Assembly: GCF_018977255.1 (NCBI RefSeq)
Contig: NW_024704742.1
Coordinates: 67,768,001 to 67,832,000 of the forward strand
Source: Callorhinchus milii
Taxonomy: Eukaryota
Length of the DNA: 64,000 nt
Direction: 5' to 3'
Position 1 is the first letter of the stretch; every line of letters begins with the position of its first letter. Positions 1 through 12,000 of the stretch are shown piece after piece. The notes beneath the pieces were generated by a model. It was given only the letters and a program-made list of their open reading frames with translations. It was not told where the DNA came from and searched no databases. The position numbers were made by a program, and so were the translations under genes.

Positions 1-35
1 CGCCTTTCTGGCCTCCTCCTCGGCAATGGCATGGC
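1..35 (-). CDS. IMMT: IMMT exon 15, partial ([12 protein letters not shown]...)
   Basis: ttcag| acceptor at 36-37; truncated by the window edge. Confidence 0.93.
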
Positions 36-3000
36 CTGAAAGCATCACACAAGCTGATTAAAACAACATTATCCTTTCAACAAGGTTCATATGTAAATAA
101 ATATTGGTATAAAACAACCATTAAAGCTTTGTGAGCCACAGATGAACTCACTCCAATTCCCCCACACCTTCCCAATGGGGACATATTTATCCTTCACTCT
201 CCTGCAAATTAAACCTCTCACCAAGTGACTTTTAAATTTGAAATTAAAACAAGTGTGGGGAGGGGGGAGGCATCACTAGAAAACCTTTTTGTTTTCCACT
301 TTAATTCATTACAACAAAATTAAATTTATATAACGTTTCTCACATCAGAAAGATGTCCCAAGGCACTGAACAATTAAGGGTTTGCACACCAGCTGATGGT
401 TGGAATCAAGAGGAATGGAAAGTAGGAGAGGTAGGAGAGTGGCCAAAAGCACAATCAAAGTTTTTTTATTCAATACACTACTTAACCGTCAGTCACCTTG
501 TCTGCTTTGCAGCTCTTAGTCCAGTATGATACATCTGCTTAAGCCAGTACCATTCCAGAGGTCATTCAGCCCATTAAGCCTGTTCTACCAGTTTATCATG
601 ACAGATCTTTCAATCCCATTTTCCTGCCTTTTCCACAATTTCCTGAAGTTCACAAGTTTATAGGTTTAATGCCACTAAAACAAGGGCAACAACCAAAAAG
701 ATCTTTGTTCGACCCACCACTCTCCATTTCCTGCTGACAGATTCATATTTGATTGAACCTTGCTTTTAAATTTAAGTTTACAGCGATTCACACAAAAACT
801 CTGATGGCAGGAATGTTAAGTTAAGGCAAAACCCAACCATAATTCATTTGACCCGGCACCAAAATGTTGACTGTTGCCAGACACGACAGGGAAGGAAAAA
901 GATCACCAAAAATTCCAGCATTTCTAAATAATTCCAAGAGTTAAAAAGAAAATATTTCCTTGAAGTAATAATCCTTGCATTTAATATAGTGCCTTATCAC
1001 ATCATTGACACATCTCAAAGTGCTTCACAGAATATACTGTAAAGTGGAGTGACTTTTGTGGATGGAAAAGTGGCAGCCAATTACGCACAGTAATGTCCCA
1101 CAAACAGTTGTGGATTGAGTGATCAAATCAGTATTTTGAATTTTTATTCATTTTTGAAGTATTATTACCCCTCGGAAGGCGGTCCGCTAATCAACTAACA
1201 TCCAGGTTCCTACTTCCTACTTGGTAAATAGAAGCGTGTGGAGTAAGAAAATATACCAAACTTTCGCCCTGCCCGTGAATCGAACCCAGGTGTGTGTGTC
1301 TGTCTCCTATCCCCTGCCTTTCCCCGTTTGTATCTATGTGCACATCTTTCCCCCCACCTCTGCAATAATATTCATAAACTTCCCCTCCGACAATGAGTGC
1401 TCAATATCTCAGTGGTCCCTTGGAGCACTTTGCACAGGGGAGGACAAAGTGCGTCACTCAACCAGTCAGTTGCTTTATACACCCATGAGGGCTGGTCATC
1501 TTAATTGACTACAAGATTAAATAATCACTTACTCTCCACTGCTTTTTCGATTCCCTTCAACCTGGCATGAGCTGCATTTATATCCAGTGTAAAAGTGTCC
1601 ATCTGTTCCTGATTCAAGCGTTTATAATACATTTCATATTCATGTCTCTTTTGTTCCACCTCCTGCAAATTAAAAAAATATATCAATTGACCATTTGTGT
1701 TAAAACAAAGCACCAAACCACCTATGAGACAACATTATAAAAAGGGATTAAAAGAGAAACTGGGTAAATTGCTGGAAATTAAAAAGATTCAGAATTATTA
1801 GATGTATTGAATAAATCTTTTGGAAGTTATAATAATAATTGTTGCATTTGATATTGTGCCTTGGTACAATACAACAAAATGGTGAGTTTACTTTTTTGTT
1901 TTAAAAAAACGCTATAGTGAACAGAAACAAAAATCAGTATACTTGACAAAATGAAACAAAAGTATTGCAAATAAATCTACCTTGATGTTTCTGAACATAT
2001 AAATCCATTGGTCGAAATATGCATCATAGGTTGTGGACCTTGTGGATTCAGAAGCGGTTTGCTCACCAAATGCAGCTTGATTTATTACTATCAATAATCA
2101 TCCTGGAATTTGATATGATGCCTTCACACAGCTCATTGTTGGCCAGGGGACACCAAGATAAAGTCCCTTCTCTTTACGAACAAGCGATAGGATATTCAAC
2201 AGCCAAGTGGGACTGGGCAGTTGGGACCTAGGTTTAATATCTATTCTGAAGGATGGCACCTCCAACAATGCAACACACCCTAGACTGAGTTCAAAGTCCC
2301 AATGTGGGGCTTGCAAATCACTTACATCCTGATAGACGGCTTTGAATTCTTGCTCCTGAACCTTCAGCACTTCTCTCAGGTGATCAGTGTGAGCAGCCGC
2401 CTGCCTGCGGAGCTGGGTTCTCATCTCAGCTTCCATTACTTCCCGGATTTCTTGTGCCTAAAAATAAAACACAAAACAATTTACATTTACATAGCGCCTT
2501 TCACATTGGGAGAATGTTTCAAATCACTTATAAATGCAGGACGGGGACCCGAGCTGGAGGTGGGGGTCAAGGGGGTGGGGAAGGAAAGGATGAAGAAAAT
2601 CGTGGTCAGAGATAGGTTTTGAGATATAAATAATAATGCTTGTATTCAATATAGCTCCTTATATCGTTGAGATGTCTCAAAAGTGCTTCAAAGAATATAT
2701 TGTTAAGTGAATTGACTGCATAATTTGTGGGTGAAAAGCAGCAGCCAATTGCGCACAGCAGTCTCACAAACAGTCGTGGATTGAGTGAACCAATTTTTTT
2801 TTTTTTTTTTTGCTTTGATATGCCTTGAAGGACGGAATAGAGGGAGCGATCATAATTCAATTAATTTCACCTCACCACAATGTAAAATGCAGACAACGCA
2901 AGATTGACAGGTCAGTAATTATGTTTGAAGTCAACATGTTAAACCCTTCAGCTGACAATATACAATAAGGTAAAGCACTCCTAGTAATTTTTCAAAGAAT

Positions 3001-6000
3001 CATCAAAATAAAATCTTAGATGTAACCAGGGGGGAGAGGATAGGACTGTAACAGATCTTCAGTGCAGATACTTGCGCTCTGGGATTCCTTCTTTAAACAA
3101 GGCTCTCTGATTATACCAACGAGTGCAGCAGCAAGGTTTCACTCCCAGTCTTAGCTAAATTTAGTGATCTCACTATCTAAGCTCAGATATGAAGAGGCAA
3201 CAACAACCACAACTTGCATTTATATAACGCCTTTCACTCAGGGCAACATCCCGGAGCCCTTGAGAGGCAGCAGGATACCACAAACCCTCACCTTTTTGTC
3301 CTGTTCTAGGTGTGTTTCTGACTGGTAATGCTCCAAGGCTTTTGCCACGGCGGTTTCCAAAGCTTTCTGGTTTTCCATCTTCTGGTGCTCGAGAGCCACT
3401 TTGATGTGTTGTTGTTCTCGCACGCGCTGCTCTGCCAGCTCCCGGTTCAACTGGTCGATGCGTCGATGACCATGTGCGATCAGGGAGTTCAGGTCATCGG
3501 TGCTCAGCTGCCCGGCTGCAGGTTAGAGGGATAATTAGAACTGCAACCAGGGATACAACACAGGATAGCACAGGGCACTCTCGGCTTCAAACAGGCAGAC
3601 TGAGTGCATCTTCTAACAGGTCATTCAGGCTTAAAAAAAATTATAAAAGCTTGTGATGCAAACAATTAACAGTAAATTAAATAACAGCCTAATGCTGTCA
3701 ACACACTGTTTATACATTTAATGGTGACTGGGCCTCATAACTCACAAAGAACCAAAGTCAAGAATTCCGAAAATCAGCCATTTACTTTTGTGCAATATTC
3801 AACAGGCGATTCATATCCATCCCATCTGTACTGGAAGTGTAACTTTTTTTCCACCAAATCACTTTTTATGTGAATGTGCAGCATTTTCTTGTGCTGCTGT
3901 GTTACATCAAGAGCTTTGAGACATCTCAACAACGTGATAAGACGCATATCAAATGCAAGGATTATTATTACTTTTTAAAATGAATGCACCACTCAAAAAC
4001 TTAAGGACCTCCCGACGTGAAAGGCGCTATACAAATGTAATTTTTGTTGCTGTTGTTAACATGATCTCCTGCTGGAGTGAAGCCCTGTTTACGGAATACG
4101 ATTCTGCCTGGAAAACTACAAGCAGCAATTTAAAAAATGCTGCCCCTGGCACTTTGGGCCTTTGACTGATTTCTGCTTTCCGCTACCCCCAACATCAGTG
4201 TCAAGTTGTGTACCTGGGCAAAGGACACGATGAGCTATATACTTGACTCAACTGTTCTTAAAAACTAACAAACACTTATGCACATATTCCTGAAAGCTAT
4301 TTTAAGAAAACATTATTATCCTTGGATTATTATCTATAAATACTGCAAAACTCACTTACAAGTTTTTAAGATGAAAAATAGTTGATCTACAAGATGTTAA
4401 TGCATACCTATATACATGCAAAATATCAAGACTTCATGCGGAATTAACTTTGTGAAAGCATTATGCAAAACCGCACGTGAAACTACATTTTCTACCCAAA
4501 TAAAACCACGACAAGATTACTATAAAGTTATGGTGCAGCCTTTTTCAATTGCGGCGTGTCTTAAGAATCTTTAAAACGGAAGATCAAACAAGTATTATTT
4601 GCTAAAATTGCACAGACAAGCCGTTCACAAAGAATTTCTTTCATCCACTGCCTACAGTTCTCGACGACTTTGGTCAAAATATACTCGGGCACAAAGATGA
4701 AAGTCTTTGTTTGCAAGTTGTTTATTAAAACAAACTTGACATATGTACACACAAAAGAACACAGATTCAGAACAAGTGCAGTAACACAACCATGTTGCAT
4801 TGCTGCTGTGTTACTTTCCTGCACACAAAAGTAAAAATATTGAATTGAAATATCAAACAAAACTTAGAGGGTCCTACAAATTTAAGAAAGAACTTGCAGG
4901 ACAATGAGTTTAAGAGCAGGGGAGTGGGACTAGTTGGTAGCTCTTTTAAAGAGCCGGCACAGTCACGAAGGGCAGAACGGCCACCGTCTTTCTGTGCTGT
5001 AAAATTTAAACAATGTATATCCAGGGTTGTAATATATAAAATCTCAGAATTCTAATTCTTAATCTGTTGCGTTAACAGATCACTATAAAACCCCTTCATT
5101 TTATAATGTGCTGTGGGTCATTAGACTGAATGTTTGGTGTGCTGAGGAAAGTAACATTCTTCGGGGTGCAGTTACAAAATAGAAAACAACACACATCACT
5201 GCAACTCTGTATGAAGAATATCCAGCCCAGTAATTAAACCAGCATTAAGTACTACAACAGAGCAGAGATTTGTACTGTAACTTTTTTGATGTGCTATGTA
5301 ATTCTGTGCTATGAAAAGGAAGACTTATCCGGGGCGCTTTTGAAACTTACTTGTTAATGGCAGGATCGAGCATTCAATTATAGCTCAGAACAGTTCAGTA
5401 AAGAGCTGATCGGGTATAATGTTCCCCAAATCACAGCAACAATTTGCACAGGCCTCCAGTTCTGAAGAGCTTCTTATAATACAAGTTTTAAATTCTCCAA
5501 ACTGCCCATCCTTAAAGCCAACTGAAGTTACTATTATATATAAACACAGAAGTCGCTGGGAGCATGCAACAGGTCAGGCAGCATCTATGGAGAGAGGCAA
5601 ATGAGTTAACATTTCAGGTCTCTGACCTTTCGTTAGAACCTGAAACATTAACTCATTTTCCTCTCTCCATAAATGCTGCCTGACGTGCTGCAGGATCCCA
5701 GTGACTTCTGCGTTTATACCAATTTCCAGCATCTGCAGCACTTTGCCTTTTGAAGTTATTAATATTATTGTAATAAGTTGGACTTGTAGCTATGCATTTT
5801 TCTCTACTAAATCAAGAATTGTCAAACTTGGTATCTAGGGAGAAAGCTTTCATCTGATTTGTCTATATTGATTCAAACCTGGATTTTAAATGATGCACTT
5901 AATTTAGTAAAGAGCAGTTTCATTAAGAATTACAACTGCAACTATATAATTTTTTTAAAAAAGCATTTAAATATAATATATATTTAGGATTAAATAAGTG

Positions 6001-9000
6001 CTGCTTTCGACCAGATATAGTCCAAAATTCTTGAATGCTGTCTAGACTCTTGGTTGGTTTTTCAACACTATATTTTCTGGAAGTGTTTTGCATTTATTTG
6101 CACGTCTCTAATTTATCTTCTAATTAATCGAAGCGCTCCAGGACACTACACTGTGTGAAAGGCGCTATATAAATGCAAGTTATTGTAGTAGTAATTTAGT
6201 CACATGGCGGCTGGGGATAAATGGGGAAATAATCATTCCAGAATTACAGTGACAGACGTTTAAAAATGTTTTTCCCCTTGTATTGCCCAGAAACTTCTTA
6301 ATAGGTATAAATCTCACAGTTGAATGAAGGTGGTTAAAATGGTAGCCTCACAATAGTACAAAGCAAAACTGTACAGACTCACCTAAGTCAGACACCTCTG
6401 TAACGAAAAGGAAGGGTTGGAAGAGTTACTGCAAATTGACAAAAGCACAACTAAACAACTCATCCACCCTGTGATGTCACTCGGGCAAGTTGTATAAATG
6501 AAGACACGTACACACAGCACATTTTAGAAAGAGAAGCTCTTTCCTTCATTTTCCCTGAGAACATTCAGAACTTCTAAATTAAAAATAAAAACTAGAGAAA
6601 TTAGTAAAAGCACGAATACTACAATGCAAGCAAAAGCCAGTCAGCCTATAGACGATTTTATTCACTTACACCAGTAATAAACAACAGATTTACCGATGTG
6701 CTACAATATTTTGTACCTTGATAAGACTTTAAACATCAGCTAACCTCATGATAACATCTATACGCCACCAGGTCCAAAAAACAGTAAGGTCTCAGGGCAG
6801 TGCACAAACTACACTATCAAGTGCAGCAAAGGGCAATTTACACCTAAAAATCCACAATTCACCCACCTCTAAATTTGATGCCCAAAGGCATAACTAAAAT
6901 TGCTCAGTTTGTGAAGTAACTGTATAATGCACAGTTTTTTTATTACGTTAAGAAAGAGCAAATCCTCTGAAAAACAAAAAAAGGGCTCAGAGCTTCTAAG
7001 TTTGTTTAAATTTAGAACATGCGATTATTTTTTCTAATTTTGTCACCTGTTGGCATACGCCTCTTTGATACTGGTCCCTAACCCCCGCACACCACACCAA
7101 GATATGGTTCCAGGGGTGCTGGTTGTCATCCCATACATTGCCCAAGTGGCCATTATGCACATCTGAAGCTTGACAGTGAGTGTCAGCAGGTTACTTAACC
7201 ATAGAGGCCTTCAAAATTATGACCTCTCCTCAACCAACACAGACACACAACCAGATGCTGAACAGAAACAAGGAGCAGGAACCCAGCTATAAAGATCAGA
7301 AAGTTACAACTTTGATTCTGTCCTGAATCTGTTGATCTCAGCTATTACGATGCTACAATTTATCTCAGTAGCCAGTGCTCCTACTCTTAGTTGCTTCCTA
7401 CAACCACTGTGGTAGATGCCCGTGTGTGAACGATGCAAAGGGCAACATCTTAGCTGCAATATTCCCCACGGTTGCAAAACTCACTGACAAGGCTCACAAC
7501 ATAAATGAAGTCCACAGGGCAAAATACCAGAGAGAGATGGGCACCTGTGAAATTGTACTCCACCTGATACTAGTCAAAGACTTTCAGGAGGGGGAGGAGG
7601 AAGAGTTACCAGGGCTGGGCCAAGCGAAGGCTGAGCCCTCACCATAGGAAAAAGAATGCAAAGTATGTGTGTGTGTGTGTGTCTGTTTGTGTGGTGATGG
7701 GGGGGAGGGGGGCGGAAAGAGAGGATTTAACCTGGATGTTTAGTATGATTGATTGAGAGTGGTATCAGTAAAGGCCTTGGAGGAAATCAACTGTCTGTCC
7801 TCTGGCAGCAAAAGAGCAAAATTAAAAGAGCAAAGTACGACTAATTTTTATAATCTGCAATTTACATTCAATATATTGATACAGGCTGACATCGGTATAA
7901 CCATCCCTGGTTATTACAATTCCTCTGGTTATAACAAACTCCATTTTTTCCGATTGATTCTTATCCCTGATATAACAATCTGCAATCAAGTCAAAATGGC
8001 GGGGATGCTCTCGGCAGTCAATTACAGATTTCCTGTGAACCTCATAGCAAACACCCGGATATAACAATCCCACCCCACCCATCCCCCCCGGGCATTTGTT
8101 ATTACCAAAGGCAGCCTGGATCAATTTTTAGAAACTACAAAATCTGAAGCTGTATCTCTGGTTTTCACCTTTTGGTCGCACTTGCTTAATAAAGAAGCTA
8201 TTTAAGAATTTCAAACATGCATTTTTATTCACGTTAAACCTAAAAACATACAATGTAAAAGTATTGTAAAATGTCTCTGTACAGGAAAAAACAGATTGCC
8301 CATTATTTTATTTGCATTAAACAAACGTGACGCACATAAAACAAAAAATGGTAATTTGCTTCATTACTGTCTGTGGGACATTGCTGTGGGCAAGTTCATC
8401 CACGGAACACAATCACTGTACTTTACAGTATATACAGTTTAATTCAAGGCTTTGGTTTAACATCTCATCTGAAGGATAACACCTTCAGATGATCTCCCGA
8501 CGTAAATGCAATTTATTGTTGTCCTGTGAAGTGCTTTGGGACAACCTCCTGACGTAAAAGACACTATATCAAATGTAAGGATGATTATTATTATCAAGCA
8601 GCTGAGATCCCGGGAACCCTGTAGGTGTAGAAACCTCAACTGTTGTCCTGCATGAGCTCAGCGAATTCAGGACAGAAACCAAACTTAGTTATTCCATCCT
8701 ATACTGTTCAATTCCATGCAACACATTTGCCTGAATCATCAGGAGAAACTCCACAATTTACAAACTCTGGGTACAATCTCATTTTCAGGAATTACATCTG
8801 AAGAGAACAATTCCTATGGGTAAGAGGCAAGAACCAAATCGACTTGCCAATCCTGCAGTAACTGTTGCATGTTGAATAGGCCCAGGTAGAATTTACGGGC
8901 ACACATCTTATTTTACAAATTTATTCCAGAGCATAACAAAAAATAATTTTAAGAGAGATAGGAGACAATTCGCCTTACTGAGAACCGAAATGTGGCATTG

Positions 9001-12000
9001 CACACAGCAAACAAAGTTAATCCTAACAATAACCACTTTCTTTCCCCTCCCTCCAGTAAGAATCAGAATGAAGGTTAATATCATTGAACAAAATTATTGG
9101 GACTATACTGGATTTTGAAAAAAACCTAGAGAAATTTCATGAAATTAGAAGGGATTTGAGATTATTAGGTGATGAGATAGATGTGACTAATAGTCTACTG
9201 CTGTTGAACTTTGCTACTGAATATGCCTCTGTGGTGTGGTAATTGGCACAGGATGTTATAATAACTGGAACCTTTAATTTTGGGGTTGAATTTGTTAGAG
9301 AATGATGGTGCTGAGCAGTAAAATACTTTCTCATCACAAGGCCACCAATGATGTATCACCAGCCTCTGACAGATGCCTCTCCAGTTTCATCCAATAAGAA
9401 GCATTTTTTTGTTGAGAGTCTATTCCCACTATTAGGTGGAGGAAATAAGTCACTTTTATGCTAAAAATATTTTTTGAGGATTCCTAATGTTATGTTTCTG
9501 TCCTCCAGTTCAGGCTGGTAAATAACCTGGTTGCATCAATTTCATTCATTCCTCTGAATATTTTAAAACTTGGGCCATCTGCCATTCTCAATCTGTTTTC
9601 CAATACAAAACCAAGCAGAGTTACCATTGCGAAAGATTGAAATATTCATTTGCCACAGAGGTAGGATAGAAAAATGTTATAATAGCAGATTTTAAACAGC
9701 AAACTGTGCCACAGAAACATATTAATGCCACAAACATTAAAACAAATGCATGAATTTCTAGCTTCTTAATGTAAGAGAAAATTCTATTTCTTCAAGCATT
9801 TACAATGTTGCTTTAGCCTTGCTCTGCAAAAATATTTTACAAAGCTGAATCCAGCTGCACTGATATCCGGTGCACTTCCAGATAAAGAGTGTGGCTCACC
9901 TTCAAATAAAGACATTTGTTTGATATGTAACATAACCATTTTGTGCTCAATTGAGGTTAAGGAATCCAAAGTCAATATTTCAGTCAATGTGCAATTGAGC
10001 TTTGGACTTCCAAGTTGAGCTTCCACTCTCTAAAGCGAGTTAAATTAAAGTGCAGGCATACAATGTAGAACTTACTGAGATTTTTCCAACCAGGTTGTAC
10101 ATCTGGGGTGATGCTGTCCAGTTCTTTGCTGAACTCCTCCCTGGCCACAGATACAAGTTCACTGTATTGTGCAACGATTTTAGCTTCTGACTGAGCCCTC
10201 TGCACCTAAAAACAAAAAGTGTATCTGTCAGTACAAAGACAACTTCAGTTGTACAAATAGAGAAGTTGCATTTTTTTTTGAATGAAGACTTCAATAAAAC
10301 ATTGGTAATGGAGGTTAATAAAAAGTCATCTGAATTGTCGGTGGTTGGAAAACTAGCCCTGAACTACTGTTTAAGCTAACCAGGAACTGCATGTTCTGGG
10401 CCTGCGAACCTCACATCATAGCAACTGTGCATTTATAGGCAAACAGGGCAGTCACATTGCACAGAGCAACGTCCCTGAAACAAACATGAAGAACGCTGGG
10501 ACAAGGAGGGGGCAGGATTAGACTCAGTCGCAAATGTTTCCCGTCCACTAGCCTTTCATTGCCCAAGCTCATGCAATAAAAATGATCACTCGGGCAAAGT
10601 GCATCTATCACCTGTAGTTGTGATTCACAAACTCCAAGAGAGAACAATTTAATACCACCATATCACATTAAACATCTCAAAGTCCCTCACAAGTAATCAT
10701 TGTCAAGGATATTTATTGATTGTTCTTGAAGGCAAACACGGTATTGTTTGAGACAGCAAAGTTCCACAACAGCCATATCATGGGAACTTTTAAAATCCAC
10801 CTGAAGAACATCCCTGGCTACTTGGGTTTCACCCAAAAGATGGCACCTCAACCCTCCGAGTACTACACTGCAGAATCGGCCTCCACCATATCAAGTCCTG
10901 CCATGGGCTTCATAAGGAGAGAAAATTGAGCAGTATGTTTTTTTAAAAAATCATTAGTTATTACCTTTCTTACAACATCATCCAGATCCATCTGCATGTG
11001 GTGTAGATTCTCCTCTGCGGCCAATACCTGTGGTCTGACAGCAGAGATCTGAGTCTGTTTGGCCTCCTCGATCAGACCCCGGAGCTTCTCCAGTTCATCC
11101 CTAAAATTGAACAAATAGAAGAAATTAGAAATAGATCACGGTGACAAAACAAAAGCCACTTGTTCTTTTTCAGTTGGTGAAACTGGAGCATGGGCTGCTC
11201 AAATCTCAATAAAACATTTGTAATGGAGGCTAATAAAAAGTCATCTGGTTTGTCACTGTTGGAAACCTAGCCCTGGAACTACTTTTTAACCTAATCAGCA
11301 ACCAAATGTTATGGGCCTGGGAGCCTCACATCGTCGAGACATCTCAAAGCGCTTCACAGAATTTTACTGTGAAGTATAGCAACTGTGGATTTGTAGGCAA
11401 ATGAGGCAGCCAAATTGCAGGAGTGGAGGGGGGGTGGAGGATAAGATGAGTATCCATGGGGCTGAGCCTCCTTCAGGGTGACAGGCTTGCCAATGAAATG
11501 CTGGAAGCAAGTCAACTCTCTGTGGTGGTCTCAGTAGTCCTGTATCTGAGCCAGGTAGGTCCACAGGAGTCCAGGTCACTGCTGATGACAGACCTGCCAG
11601 CCTGGCACATTGACAGGACTTGGATGGGCAGACCAGTCACTGTGAGCAGGGATTCTTCTGACTCGACTGCTGTAGAGTGGACCTACCTGGAAAAGCAGTA
11701 GATAAGCTTGTTAGACCGTGCTTACAACGGCAAATCATGCAGTTTTAATAATAATAATCGTTAATAATCTTTGCATTTGATTTCGCCTCATCACGTTGTT
11801 GAGACATCTCAAAGTGCTTCACAGAATATACTGTGAAGTGACTTGACTGCGTTTGGTTTCAAGCTGATTAAATTCTAGCAGTTCCCTGACCCACACTCTG
11901 GTGTCCCAAAGCCTTGGTCATGCCAAACATGCACCTGATTAGATAAGTAGCTTGCATCCTTCCATAGGATACGCAAATAGCTCCAGACACAGAAATTTCC

